Positions 36,723-47,108 of a DNA stretch of 64,000 bases are shown one piece after another. The notes under the pieces were generated by a model. The model saw only the letters and a list, made by a program, of their open reading frames with translations. It had not been told where the DNA came from and made no database searches. This stretch comes from an uncultured Gammaproteobacteria bacterium (GTDB taxonomy: Bacteria; Patescibacteriota; Microgenomatia; Daviesbacterales; UBA10151), in NCBI GenBank assembly GCA_964649615.1, contig CAZYPW010000003.1:30132-94131 (forward strand), read 5' to 3'. How positions within the stretch are numbered: the stretch's first letter is position 1; each line of letters begins with the position of its first letter. Both the position numbers and the translations under genes were made by a program.

Positions 36723-39700
36723 AGAGAATATTTTTAATAATTCTTTTTATAGTTTCAATATTTTTTCCAGTCTCAACATTTGCTCAGGAAAATTCATTTG
36801 TTTCAGTTGTTAATCCTATTAGGGGAGCTGACTTCTGGGATTTAAAAAATCAAAAAGTTGAAGATGCTGTTTTGGGACAGGCTAAAATTTTAGATAATTT
36901 TCAAGTATCTGCAACATGGTTAATTAGGTTTGATGCTTTAAATAATGGTCAGTTGATGGATATGCTTAATAAGCGAACAGAAGATGAAAAAGGAATATTT
37001 TTAGAAGTTACACCTAGTTGGACTGAAAGCTCAAATGTTAAATATAGAAATTCAATTTCTTGGCATAATGCAGGAAGTGCTTTTCTATCAGGATATAACA
37101 TAGATGAAAGAGAGAAATTAATTGATGCAGCATTTGAAAAATTTAAGCAAACTTTTAGTTTATACCCCAAATCAGTTGGAGCTTGGTGGATTGATGCGCA
37201 TTCACTTTCTTACATGAAGGAAAAGTATGAAATAACTTCTGCTTTAATTGTGGCAGATCAGTACTCCACAGATAATTATCAAATATGGGGCCAATTTTGG
37301 TCTACTCCTTATTATCCTTCTAAAACTCATGCTCTTCATCCTGCTCAATCTGTGGAAAATAAAATTCCTGTGGTAATTACCCAGTGGGCTATCAGGGATC
37401 CAGTCAATGGTTATGGGAGTGGAGTTGAAGAGAGCACTTTTTCCCTTCAAGCCAATGATTATATGGATTATCATGATCTAGATATAAGTTATTTTGCCAA
37501 GCTTTTAGATATTTATACAAAACAGGAATTTAATCAATTTGCCCAAATTGTGGTTGGTTTAGAAAATTCTTATGACTTTGAAAAATATGGCAAAGAGTAT
37601 GAAAATCAGATAAAGGTTTTAGCAGATAAAAAAAACAGTGGCCAGATTTCCCTGGTAACTTTATCTGAGTTTGCTAATTGGTATACAAAAACTTTCCCCA
37701 AGCTTTCTCCAGAGCAAGTAGTTATCTCAGATGATCCCTTGGGAAGTTCTAAAAAGGTGGTCTGGTTTATGAACCCATATTATCGGGCTGGTTGGTTTTT
37801 CAATAGAGATGGGAGTGTATTTAGAGATATACGCCAATATATTGATAGCGAAGAAGAGTTATGCTTAAGAGTACGATGTGACTTGGTTAATTTTGCAACC
37901 TTTGCCACCAGAGTTTTGGATCAAGTAAGCTTTGGCCATAAATGGATTATAGATGAAGGAAAAATTTCTGACTTTAAAGCTAAAAAACTAGATCAAGGTT
38001 TTAGTATTTCTTACAAAAATGAAGCGGGAAAGATAAGAGTAGTTGAATTTTTACCAAGAGATATTAGTATAGATGGGAAAATTTCATCTATCGATCAAGC
38101 GATACTTGAAGCAACTAAATATAAATTAGAACAAAAAATAACCCAACCTTCACTTACCAGGGGATCATTCCAGTGGTCTTTGGGAAGCTCTAGCTATAAA
38201 GTAGGAGTATTTTTATTATTTCTGATATTAGGGTGTATTGTTCCAGGATTTTTTATGATTAATAAACTTACTTTTAAAGAAGATTCCTTTGCTAAAAAGC
38301 TTACCCTCGCTACAATTTTGGGGTTTGTTTTATTAACGCTTTTGTTCTATATCTTAGGCCTTTTAAAGCTGCAGCAGTTAATATTTATTTATTTTGCTGT
38401 AAATGCCTTACTTCTAATAAAAAATTACAAAAGTTTTAGCAGCTTACGGTTGTTTAATTTTCAATCAAAACTTGATTTTGGTATTTTGGGATTAATCCTT
38501 GCTGGTAGCATTTTTCAGCAGCTTCCATCATTTAAAAATGGGCTAATTTTTCCATATGGCATGGGGTTATGGGGCCCAAATACCCATGATGGGATATGGC
38601 ATTTAAGTTTAATTAATCAATTAATAAAAAGTGTACCCGCGGAAAATCCAATTTTTTCAAAGACAAGTATTACTAATTACCATTATTTTTATGATTTATT
38701 AATAGCAGCAACCAGTTATGTCTCAGGCCTCACGGTATTAGATTTGATATTTAGATTTTACCCTTTTATTTTCTCTATTCTTTTAGGAGCAGGAACATAT
38801 TATCTAATCCAAATATTATTTAAAGAAAAAATAGCCGCCTTGTTTGGTCTTTATCTTGTCTATTTTGCTGGTAGTTTTGGATGGGTAGTTGACTTTATAA
38901 AAGGCAGGCAGGGGGGGGGTGAATCTGCCTTTTGGGCAAACCAGTCAATTTCTTTTAACCTAAATCCCCCTTTTGCAATATCCCTTTTAATAGTCATTGC
39001 CATATTACAGCTTTTATTTATCAAGAGGTTCAATATTTTATCTGTGACAACTTTAACTATTTTGATAGGTTCTTTAATCGCTTTTAAGGCTTACGGTGGA
39101 GTTTTAATTCTTTTAAGTCTTCTTTTAGTAGGACTCATTAAAAAATCCATTTCTTATTTAGTCACCTTTTCTACCAGTTTAATTTTGTCTTTAGTTTTAT
39201 TTCTTAGCAATTTTAATGTAAGTGAGAGATTGATATACTTTTCCCCTTTTTGGTTTGTTCATTCAATGATAGATTCACCTGATAGGGTGGGGTGGGTAAG
39301 ATTATCATTGGCACGAATAACAGGTTTTGAGCAAGGAAATTTATTTAAATTCACTGTAGCAGAAGCAGCAGGTTTTTTAATTTTTCTAATAGGAAACTTA
39401 GGAACCAGAGCCTTTGCCATATTTGGTTTATTAAATATTAGAAATATTGTCCGACATCAAGAATACATAACTTTACTTATCTTTTGTTTATTATCAATAT
39501 TAATTCCTACTATCGTTATTCAAGCTGGCAATCCCTGGAACACAATTCAGTTTATTTATTATGGCCTCTATATTTCAGCCATAGTTTCAGGTGCTGTTAT
39601 GTCTAATTTCCTTAGAATAAATAGGGCACTAGCAACTTTAGTTATTTTGCCCATGTTAATAATCACCCCAATTAATGCTTGGGCAACTGCTAGTGGATAT

Positions 39701-40126
39701 TTAAGTTATCAGCCCCACGCTAAGATAAGCAATGATGAAATTGGAGCACTAGAATTCTTAAAGTCACAAGAAGATGGCGTAGTTTTAACTTATCCCTATG
39801 ATGAAAAGCTAAAACAAAAGTTTGAAGAACCATGGCCTTTGTTTATGTATGATAGTACTGCTTATGTTTCTGCTCTTTCTCAAAAAGCTTCATTTTTGGA
39901 AGATATACCTCAAAATGAAATTCTGCTGACAGATTATAAAAAAAGAATAGTAGGTTCTAAGGATTTTTTCTCTGGCCAAAATACAGAAAGCAATGAATTC
40001 TTAAAAAAAAGTAATATAAGATATATCTATCTGCCCAAAACATTTGGAGTTATCTTAGATGAAAGTTTGCTAACAGTAAATAGAATTTTTGAAAATAAAG
40101 AAGTTTTAATATATCAAGTTAAATAA
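36719..40126 (+). CDS. Large envelope protein: signal peptide + ~480-aa extracytoplasmic domain + polytopic membrane domain with HDGIWHLSL motif (putative GT-C-like/polymerase-like)
   Basis: 1135 aa. Membrane part (GPNTHDGIWHLSLINQLI...NYHYFYDLLI) is paralogous to the 40126..42102 protein. Contains a G9 tract at 38911-38919. Confidence 0.45.
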   Translation: MKRIFLIILFIVSIFFPVSTFAQENSFVSVVNPIRGADFWDLKNQKVEDAVLGQAKILDNFQVSATWLIRFDALNNGQLMDMLNKRTEDEKGIFLEVTPSWTESSNVKYRNSISWHNAGSAFLSGYNIDEREKLIDAAFEKFKQTFSLYPKSVGAWWIDAHSLSYMKEKYEITSALIVADQYSTDNYQIWGQFWSTPYYPSKTHALHPAQSVENKIPVVITQWAIRDPVNGYGSGVEESTFSLQANDYMDYHDLDISYFAKLLDIYTKQEFNQFAQIVVGLENSYDFEKYGKEYENQIKVLADKKNSGQISLVTLSEFANWYTKTFPKLSPEQVVISDDPLGSSKKVVWFMNPYYRAGWFFNRDGSVFRDIRQYIDSEEELCLRVRCDLVNFATFATRVLDQVSFGHKWIIDEGKISDFKAKKLDQGFSISYKNEAGKIRVVEFLPRDISIDGKISSIDQAILEATKYKLEQKITQPSLTRGSFQWSLGSSSYKVGVFLLFLILGCIVPGFFMINKLTFKEDSFAKKLTLATILGFVLLTLLFYILGLLKLQQLIFIYFAVNALLLIKNYKSFSSLRLFNFQSKLDFGILGLILAGSIFQQLPSFKNGLIFPYGMGLWGPNTHDGIWHLSLINQLIKSVPAENPIFSKTSITNYHYFYDLLIAATSYVSGLTVLDLIFRFYPFIFSILLGAGTYYLIQILFKEKIAALFGLYLVYFAGSFGWVVDFIKGRQGGGESAFWANQSISFNLNPPFAISLLIVIAILQLLFIKRFNILSVTTLTILIGSLIAFKAYGGVLILLSLLLVGLIKKSISYLVTFSTSLILSLVLFLSNFNVSERLIYFSPFWFVHSMIDSPDRVGWVRLSLARITGFEQGNLFKFTVAEAAGFLIFLIGNLGTRAFAIFGLLNIRNIVRHQEYITLLIFCLLSILIPTIVIQAGNPWNTIQFIYYGLYISAIVSGAVMSNFLRINRALATLVILPMLIITPINAWATASGYLSYQPHAKISNDEIGALEFLKSQEDGVVLTYPYDEKLKQKFEEPWPLFMYDSTAYVSALSQKASFLEDIPQNEILLTDYKKRIVGSKDFFSGQNTESNEFLKKSNIRYIYLPKTFGVILDESLLTVNRIFENKEVLIYQVK

Positions 40127-42102
40127 TGGTTATACAGGCAATATTATTTTTAATACTGGTCAGCATCTGTTTTATTCCTTTTGGTTTTTTACTTTTAAGA
40201 AAAATAAAAAATGATCTAGACGATTTAGAAAAAATAGTTTTATCAACAGTTTGTGGAATGGTTTTATTTACTCTTACTGCTTATTTTCTTGCCTTTTTAC
40301 ATTTAAGATTTTTAATGTGGCTATTCCCTATTTTAGGCATTATCCTGGTTATTAAAAATAGAAAAGAATTATCAAAGTTTAGTATTCATCTAAAATATAA
40401 ACTATTTTTCCTTACAGTTTTAACAGTAGGGATCATTGGCCAGGTTGCAGTTAATGCTCCCTCAGGAATTCCTTACTCTGAAGGTATTTATTTTTGGAGT
40501 TCACATGGACATGATGGGTTATGGCACCTTTCTTTAATGGAACACATGCATCAGAATATTTTCCCTTTTCAAAATCCTGAATTTAATGGAGCTAGACTAC
40601 AAAACTATCATTTTTTTGTGGATCTTTTAATGTCTGAGTTTTCTAGGCTCTTTCCGATTTTTTCTAACCTAGATATTTATTTTAGGTTTATGCCAATTGT
40701 TTTTTCTACCCTCTTAGGGCTTTGTGCCTTTATATTTGTTAGAGCCTGGAGCAAAAAAGAGTTAGCAGGAATTTGGGCAATGATTTTTACCTACTTTTGT
40801 GGCAGCTTTGGTTATCTGCTCTATATTCCCACCCACAAAAGTTTAGGAGGGGAAGCAATTTTTTGGGTTTCTCAAACCCAATCAGTTTTAGGTAATCCTC
40901 CCCATGCAGCGGCATTTATTATAGTTACAGCCTGTCTTTTTATTCTGTTTAAGTACTTTCAACAAAGAAAGTGGTCATATTTTTGGATTAGCGTTTTATT
41001 AGGAGGAGCAGTGATAGAGTTTAAAGTTTATGGAGGAGTTTTACTTTTAGGAGGACTTTTTTTAGTTTCTATTTTTGAAGTTATTTTCAAAAGAATCTAT
41101 AAAAGCTTACTGCTGTTTTTATCAATGCTCTCTTTATCGTTACTGATTTATCTTCCAAACGCTGCAAATTCTCAGGATTTTTTAATTTTTGAACCATGGT
41201 GGTTTATAAGAACTATGGTAGTAGCTACTGATAGATTAAATTGGTTGGATCTGGAGTTGAGAAGGCAAACCTATATTGCAGAAGAGAATTGGAAAAGAGT
41301 TATCCAGCTCGAAGCAACTGCCTTTTTAATTTTCCTTTTTGGTAATCTGGGGATGAGATTTATTGGCTTTTGGACAATATTCAAACAAGTAAAGATGAAC
41401 ATATTTAAAGATTCTTTTAATATATTATTTTTATTCATTACCATTACTTCTTTTTTTATTCCAGTGATTTTTTTACAAAAGGGTGTAGTTTGGAATGCTA
41501 TTCAGTTTAATCAGTATTTCCTGCTATTTTTTGGATTTCTGGCTGGAATGTCAGCAAATGATTTATTAGATCGCATAAAAAATAATTTCATAAAAATTTT
41601 AATGGGGTTACTGATAATTATATTTGCAATTCCTACCCAAGTAGGGCTTCTTTGGCAGTTTTATTCAAATCTACCCTTATCAAAAATTTCCTATGAAGAG
41701 ATTAAAGCTTTAGAATTTATTAAAAATAATTCTTCATATGGGGATATTATTTTGACAGCTCCTTTTAATAAATATGAAAGAGATCAGTATAAAACTCCCC
41801 CAATACCTATTTATGCTTGGTATGATACTGGTTATGTAGCAGCTTTTTCTTCAAGAAAGGTTCTCCTTTCTGATGAAGAACAGGTAACGATCATGGGTTA
41901 TCAGGCAGATGCATTCTTCAAAGAAAGAGAGTTAATATTTCAAACAGATGATATTGAAATGATAAATAGCTATTTAGATAAAAACAGTATAGATTATATT
42001 TATCTAGTCTGGGGCCAGAAATTCCAAGCAGATGAAAAATTGATTAAGGCAGATTTAATTTTTGAAAACAAAGATGCAAAAGTATTTAAAGCTAGAAAAT
42101 GA
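40126..42102 (+). CDS. Polytopic membrane protein, paralog of the membrane domain of 36719..40126
   Basis: SSHGHDGLWHLSLMEHMHQNIFPFQNPEF...NYHFFVDLLM. 658 aa. Confidence 0.45.
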   Translation: MVIQAILFLILVSICFIPFGFLLLRKIKNDLDDLEKIVLSTVCGMVLFTLTAYFLAFLHLRFLMWLFPILGIILVIKNRKELSKFSIHLKYKLFFLTVLTVGIIGQVAVNAPSGIPYSEGIYFWSSHGHDGLWHLSLMEHMHQNIFPFQNPEFNGARLQNYHFFVDLLMSEFSRLFPIFSNLDIYFRFMPIVFSTLLGLCAFIFVRAWSKKELAGIWAMIFTYFCGSFGYLLYIPTHKSLGGEAIFWVSQTQSVLGNPPHAAAFIIVTACLFILFKYFQQRKWSYFWISVLLGGAVIEFKVYGGVLLLGGLFLVSIFEVIFKRIYKSLLLFLSMLSLSLLIYLPNAANSQDFLIFEPWWFIRTMVVATDRLNWLDLELRRQTYIAEENWKRVIQLEATAFLIFLFGNLGMRFIGFWTIFKQVKMNIFKDSFNILFLFITITSFFIPVIFLQKGVVWNAIQFNQYFLLFFGFLAGMSANDLLDRIKNNFIKILMGLLIIIFAIPTQVGLLWQFYSNLPLSKISYEEIKALEFIKNNSSYGDIILTAPFNKYERDQYKTPPIPIYAWYDTGYVAAFSSRKVLLSDEEQVTIMGYQADAFFKERELIFQTDDIEMINSYLDKNSIDYIYLVWGQKFQADEKLIKADLIFENKDAKVFKARK

Positions 42103-43706
42103 AATTTAAGTATTTAATTTTAATAATTTTTCTAGGTTTTCTTTTAAGAATTATTAATATTTCCCAAAACTCACTGCCTCTTTATGGCGATGAGTTAACT
42201 ATAGTTTATGATGCCTATTCTATCCTTAAAACTGGGCAAGACCAACTGGGTAATATCTTTCCCTTAACCTTTGAAATGGGTGCAGGAAGGCCAGCAGGAT
42301 ATGTTTATTTTACCGTGCCCTTTGTAGCCCTTTTTGGACCCACAGCCCTGGGTGTGCGTTTACCCTCAGTTCTTTCAGGTCTAGGAATCATATTACTGTT
42401 TTATCTTTTGGGAGAAAAATTATTTTCAAGAAAAGTAGGATTAGCAGCTGCTATTTTAGCAGCTTTGTCTCCTTGGACTATTCAGTTAAGTAGAGTTGGG
42501 TATGAGGCCAATTTTGCTTTACTCCTAGTCCTTTCAGGCACTTACTTCTTTATAATAGCAAGTAGACCTTACTATTATCTGATTTCTGCTTTTTTCTTTG
42601 GTTTAGTACTGCATACATACCCTACTTACAAAATAAGTTTGATATTCTTTCTACCATTCTTATTCTGGTTTGTTTTTAAAAAAGAATCTTTAAATTTTAG
42701 AAAGAAAACTTTACTAATATCAATAATAATTTTTGCTTTCTTTGCTGCATCATCTATTACTCAAACCTTTATTGGCGGTTCTGAAGCGAGATTTTTGAAT
42801 ATAAATATATTCTCCCAGGAAGATTTAAAAAATAAATTAGAAGAAAAAATAAATTATGAAAGAACTATCACAAACTTGCCTCAAAATTTAGCAAAATATT
42901 TCCATAACAAACCCACTGAATATGGGAAAATAATTTTGGAAAATTATCTGCAAAATTTCTCATTAGATTTTTTGCTGATACATGGAGATAGAAACCCCCG
43001 GCATAATATGTCCACCATGGGTCAAATTTTTCTTGCTGAGGCAATTTTAATATTAATTGGTTTACTTAGTTACTGGCAGAGAGAAAAAAGAACTTTAGTA
43101 TTTTTATTAGGTTGGTTATTGATTGCCCCAATTGCAACTAGTATTGTTGATTTGCCCCACGCTTTAAGAAGTTCTTTTATGATTCCTCCGTTGCTGCTTA
43201 TATCATCACTGGGATTCACTACATTTATTTCCTTAAAAAATAAACCTATGCTTATCTTATTAGGATGCATTTTTTTGATACAGTTTGTCTTTTTTATTCA
43301 AAAACTCTATTTTCTGGCACCAAATGAATATAGCCATTTTTGGTCTTATTCTGCAAAACAAGCTACAGAAATAGCTTTAGAAAATAAAAATAATTATGAT
43401 TACATAATATTGTCTGATAAGATTGATAATATTGAGTTTGCTTATCCAGTTTATGCAAAGATAGAGCCCCAAAATGTTATAGCTCAAAATCAAGGAAGGA
43501 AGGTGGAATTAAATGGCGCCCCATTTAAACAGTTTGGCAATATTTATATTGGATATTTAAATGAAAATGGGTTAGAAGATTTTATAAAAGGTATCAGTGG
43601 GTCAATTCTGACAATTACTACTCCTGAGTCATCAAAAAACTTATCAAATTATGAAATAATCAATGGAAGTAATAACTTGCCATCTTTGGTGTTAAGTAGA
43701 AAGTAA
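42099..43706 (+). CDS. GT-C glycosyltransferase family 39-like (PMT/ArnT-like)
   Basis: PLYGDELTIVYDAYSILKTGQDQLGNIFPLTFEMGAGRPAGYVYFTVPF...GVRLPSVLSG is the canonical GT39 first loop. Confidence 0.75.
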   Translation: MKFKYLILIIFLGFLLRIINISQNSLPLYGDELTIVYDAYSILKTGQDQLGNIFPLTFEMGAGRPAGYVYFTVPFVALFGPTALGVRLPSVLSGLGIILLFYLLGEKLFSRKVGLAAAILAALSPWTIQLSRVGYEANFALLLVLSGTYFFIIASRPYYYLISAFFFGLVLHTYPTYKISLIFFLPFLFWFVFKKESLNFRKKTLLISIIIFAFFAASSITQTFIGGSEARFLNINIFSQEDLKNKLEEKINYERTITNLPQNLAKYFHNKPTEYGKIILENYLQNFSLDFLLIHGDRNPRHNMSTMGQIFLAEAILILIGLLSYWQREKRTLVFLLGWLLIAPIATSIVDLPHALRSSFMIPPLLLISSLGFTTFISLKNKPMLILLGCIFLIQFVFFIQKLYFLAPNEYSHFWSYSAKQATEIALENKNNYDYIILSDKIDNIEFAYPVYAKIEPQNVIAQNQGRKVELNGAPFKQFGNIYIGYLNENGLEDFIKGISGSILTITTPESSKNLSNYEIINGSNNLPSLVLSRK

Positions 43707-43708
43707 AC

Positions 43709-46165
43709 TTAGAAACGTTTTTTATATGCTGCTAATACCCCCCCCATTGTTAATAAAAATACCGATACTAAACTAATTTTTAACCCTAAACTAAATGATT
43801 GAGGCAGATAGTTGAAAACAACAACATGGTCTCCAGCAGGTATTTTAACAGCCCTGAATATAAAATTTGCTGGTGATATTGGCAACTTTTGGTTGCCATC
43901 TAAAGTAGCAGCCCATCCTTCCTCAAATTGATCTGCCAGTACTAAAACCTGCTCAGAAGTGGAACCAGTCCTTATTTTTACTGAATTAGCTTTGTAGTCC
44001 ACAATTTGAACAGTTCCTTTGCCGTCAACTCCATTAACCCCTAAATCTTTTGATAAAAGCACAGTTATCCTTGGATCAAAACTTTTATCTGTCATAATGA
44101 TATCTTTTATATTTTGCTCAGAGGCAGGAATTATTTTTTTGGCAAAGTATGCGCGCTCTTTAACTTTTGGATTCTCTAAAACTGCTGTAGATTTATCTTT
44201 GAAAACAACATTGTATCCACTTTCTTTGACCTTGTAATGAAGAATATCTCCTGGAGTGTACCCATTTTCATCCCGCATTACTGCTACAAGATATTTTGTA
44301 TTAGCAGCATCTAAATAGGGAGAGGAGTATCTGGAGGAAATTTCAGCATATCTTGATGAATTACCAGTTCTGAGATCCCCCCCATTTAGAAAATGGATGA
44401 ATTTACCATATTGGCTCAAATATATGGGATCGTACCCCTCGTAAGAATATAGATTATAAGCTGTCCAGGTATTGGAAGGAAATACTTCTGCATGTTCCCG
44501 CCCTACTCTAAAAAAACCCTCCTGTTTTTGTAAAAATTCCAAAACTGGGGTCTTCGGAAAAATTAAATTATTTGGCACAAAGGGGTTAAATTTTAGAAAA
44601 TATCTGCCAAGATCAAAAGTAATAAAAAGTAATAGCAACAGTGGCACTAAATTTAGTTTGTTTAAGGGTATGGATTTAAACTTAAGTTTTATTAAAGTTA
44701 CAGCTGAGAGAATAGATAATAAAATAAATGGTAAAAGAGTATTTTTAGTTGCTATTTTAAAGTTGTCTAAATTATAGTCATTACTGTTTAAATATACTTT
44801 GAGATATTTTTCATCAGGTGCCCAGCCTAGGATATCCCAAATAAAAAAGCTGGTAAGAAGTGTTCCTAAGATTATTCCCAAAATAGCAGCCCAGGACCAA
44901 GTAAGTGTCTTAGAGAAAAAAGCATAATTATTTTTTTCAAAAATGTGGTTAAGCGCAATTGAGGCAAGAAATGAGGAACAAAGGATGGTAATAAACAGTG
45001 CTCTGCTAGCATATGATGAAGTAAGAAGAGGAATTTTTATCTGATATAGATAATGAGAAATTGCGTTATCAAAGATAAGTATTAAACTTATGCCCAAAAG
45101 TATCAGGAAGAAAGCTGATTGTTTACCCCTTACTTTAAAAAATGAATATATTAGCAGAGGCAAAGTAATTATTCCCAAGAAACCACTTGTTTCTGAGTAA
45201 TTTAGGTAACCCCAGTAGTTTCTGGTTACAGGATTGCCAAAATAGTCAGGAATAAAAAATTTGAATATGTCTTTGCTGCCCAGTAATCCAAAGTTACCTT
45301 CTGCAGAATAGCTTTCTGTTTGTCTAATAGATTTTTGTAAAAGCTCGTAACTTGGTAAAAGTTGGGCAGCTATGAGGGAGATAGAAAAAATGATTGCAAC
45401 TGCTAAAAAAAATGCTTTATTGAAAAATAGTTTATCTTTCCAGCTAATCCATAAAAAATATAGAACAATAATAGTGTATGAGTAAGTTGTTACTTGAGCA
45501 TTTCCCGCAAGTATAATTAGCCCTAAAGATGTTATTAATAAAAGTATGAATCTATATTTAGAAGAATCAGTAAATTTTTTTACTGCATATAAAGAGAGTG
45601 GCAGCCAAGACATTCCATGAACTGCTGTCCCTAATTCAAGCCAGGTAGCCATCAGCCCACCAAGCGAGAAAATAATTGCACCTGATAATCTGGCAATAAT
45701 AGATTTTATAAATTGAGAGACAAAGAGATAAAAAGTTAATGAAGCGATCAAGGTTTGAGAGTAAATGAAAAGTCCCCAGCCATAATATTTTGGCAATAGA
45801 AGTAATATATTTAAAGGATATAAAGTGGCAGAATGATAAGTTGCCAAAAGAGGATTGCCGGTAAAAGAATAAGGATTCCATAGAGGCCACTGGAGATTTC
45901 TTAGAGATTCTATAGCCAAGTATTTCCATAGAATAAATTGTGAGAAAACATCTGAAATAAGGGGATTTTTTACTGGCATCTTATAATAGTCCAACCAAGG
46001 AAAATAGCTGCCAATCAGCAGGTCTCCCGGAAAAGGAATTTGGCCAAAAAGAAAAAATTTATAGTAAAGCAGAGAAATAACTGAAGCTAAAAATATTATT
46101 GGTGCTAAAGGATGATTTAGTAGCCAACGAATTTTTTTTGTAGTCACATCTTTAAGTATAAACAT
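43709..46165 (-). CDS. yfhO: YfhO-family membrane protein (GT-C-like glycosyltransferase)
   Basis: ~820 aa. N-terminal PFPGDLLIGSYFPWLDYY...LWNPYSFTGNPLLATYHSATLYPL resembles the YfhO family. Start placed at internal Met (46165) to avoid 120-bp overlap with the divergent GT2 gene. Confidence 0.55.
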   Translation of the reverse strand: MFILKDVTTKKIRWLLNHPLAPIIFLASVISLLYYKFFLFGQIPFPGDLLIGSYFPWLDYYKMPVKNPLISDVFSQFILWKYLAIESLRNLQWPLWNPYSFTGNPLLATYHSATLYPLNILLLLPKYYGWGLFIYSQTLIASLTFYLFVSQFIKSIIARLSGAIIFSLGGLMATWLELGTAVHGMSWLPLSLYAVKKFTDSSKYRFILLLITSLGLIILAGNAQVTTYSYTIIVLYFLWISWKDKLFFNKAFFLAVAIIFSISLIAAQLLPSYELLQKSIRQTESYSAEGNFGLLGSKDIFKFFIPDYFGNPVTRNYWGYLNYSETSGFLGIITLPLLIYSFFKVRGKQSAFFLILLGISLILIFDNAISHYLYQIKIPLLTSSYASRALFITILCSSFLASIALNHIFEKNNYAFFSKTLTWSWAAILGIILGTLLTSFFIWDILGWAPDEKYLKVYLNSNDYNLDNFKIATKNTLLPFILLSILSAVTLIKLKFKSIPLNKLNLVPLLLLLFITFDLGRYFLKFNPFVPNNLIFPKTPVLEFLQKQEGFFRVGREHAEVFPSNTWTAYNLYSYEGYDPIYLSQYGKFIHFLNGGDLRTGNSSRYAEISSRYSSPYLDAANTKYLVAVMRDENGYTPGDILHYKVKESGYNVVFKDKSTAVLENPKVKERAYFAKKIIPASEQNIKDIIMTDKSFDPRITVLLSKDLGVNGVDGKGTVQIVDYKANSVKIRTGSTSEQVLVLADQFEEGWAATLDGNQKLPISPANFIFRAVKIPAGDHVVVFNYLPQSFSLGLKISLVSVFLLTMGGVLAAYKKRF

Positions 46166-46202
46166 TTTACTAAGCAGTAAGAAACTGGTAAGATTTTTAC
46201 AT

Positions 46203-47102
46203 ATGCCAAAAGGAATCTCTGTTGTTATAAATACTTTTAATGAAGAGCGAGATATAGAGAGAGCTATTAGAAGCGTAAAATGGGCACAGGAGGTAATAGT
46301 TTGTGATATGCATTCAACTGACAAAACAGTTGAGTTGACAAAAAAATTAGGAGCAAAAATCTTTTATCACAAAAAAGAGGATTTTGTTGAACCAGCTAGA
46401 AATTTTGCTATTTCTAAAGCTGAATATGATTGGGTTTTAATCTTGGATCCAGATGAAGCAATAGCAGAGAATTTAAAAGTTAAATTAACTAAGATATCAG
46501 ATAAGATGAATAAAATAGATTATGTGAAAGTTCCCAGAAAAAATATTATTTTTGGCAAATGGATGCAAGCTTCTAAATGGTGGCCAGACTTAAATATAAG
46601 ATTTTTTAGAAAAGGTAAAGTAAGTTGGACTAATAAAATACATCAGCCTCCAAAAGCGTTAGGGCAGGGATTGGATTTAGAAGCTCAGGAAGACTATGCA
46701 ATAATTCATCATCATTATGAAAGTATCACTCAATTTTTAGAAAGAATGATTAGGTATACAAAAATACAAGCAGAGGAATTAAAAAAAGAAGGATATCTTT
46801 TTGACTATAAGGATTTAATTAAAAAACCCCTTTCTGAATTTTTAAGCAGATTTTTTGCCAATAGAGGCTTTGAAGATGGATTACATGGATTAGCTTTAAG
46901 CCTGCTCCAATCGTTTTCATTTTTAATAGTCTATCTTCGTTTATGGGAGATGGAAAAATTCAAACAACAAAGTATAGATTTAAAAGAATTTAAAGAGGTA
47001 AACAACCAAGCGGGTGAGGAATTAAAATACTGGTTTAATTATAGCAGCCTATCTAAAAATCCCTTTAAAAGTTTTTTACAAAAGGTCAAAGGCAAAATAT
47101 AA
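46203..47102 (+). CDS. GT2 glycosyltransferase
   Basis: ISVVINTFNEERDIERAI...VLILDPDEA (DxD-like). C-terminal amphipathic ...IVYLRLW tail shared with two paralogs. Confidence 0.75.
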   Translation: MPKGISVVINTFNEERDIERAIRSVKWAQEVIVCDMHSTDKTVELTKKLGAKIFYHKKEDFVEPARNFAISKAEYDWVLILDPDEAIAENLKVKLTKISDKMNKIDYVKVPRKNIIFGKWMQASKWWPDLNIRFFRKGKVSWTNKIHQPPKALGQGLDLEAQEDYAIIHHHYESITQFLERMIRYTKIQAEELKKEGYLFDYKDLIKKPLSEFLSRFFANRGFEDGLHGLALSLLQSFSFLIVYLRLWEMEKFKQQSIDLKEFKEVNNQAGEELKYWFNYSSLSKNPFKSFLQKVKGKI

Positions 47103-47108
47103 ATCTAT

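Noticed and set aside
46166-46324. Upstream 53-codon extension of yfhO (start 46324)
   Set aside because: It would overlap the divergently transcribed GT2 gene (46203..) by >120 bp. The internal Met at 46165 (MFILKDVTTKKIRW...) precedes the first TM helix and gives a typical YfhO length.
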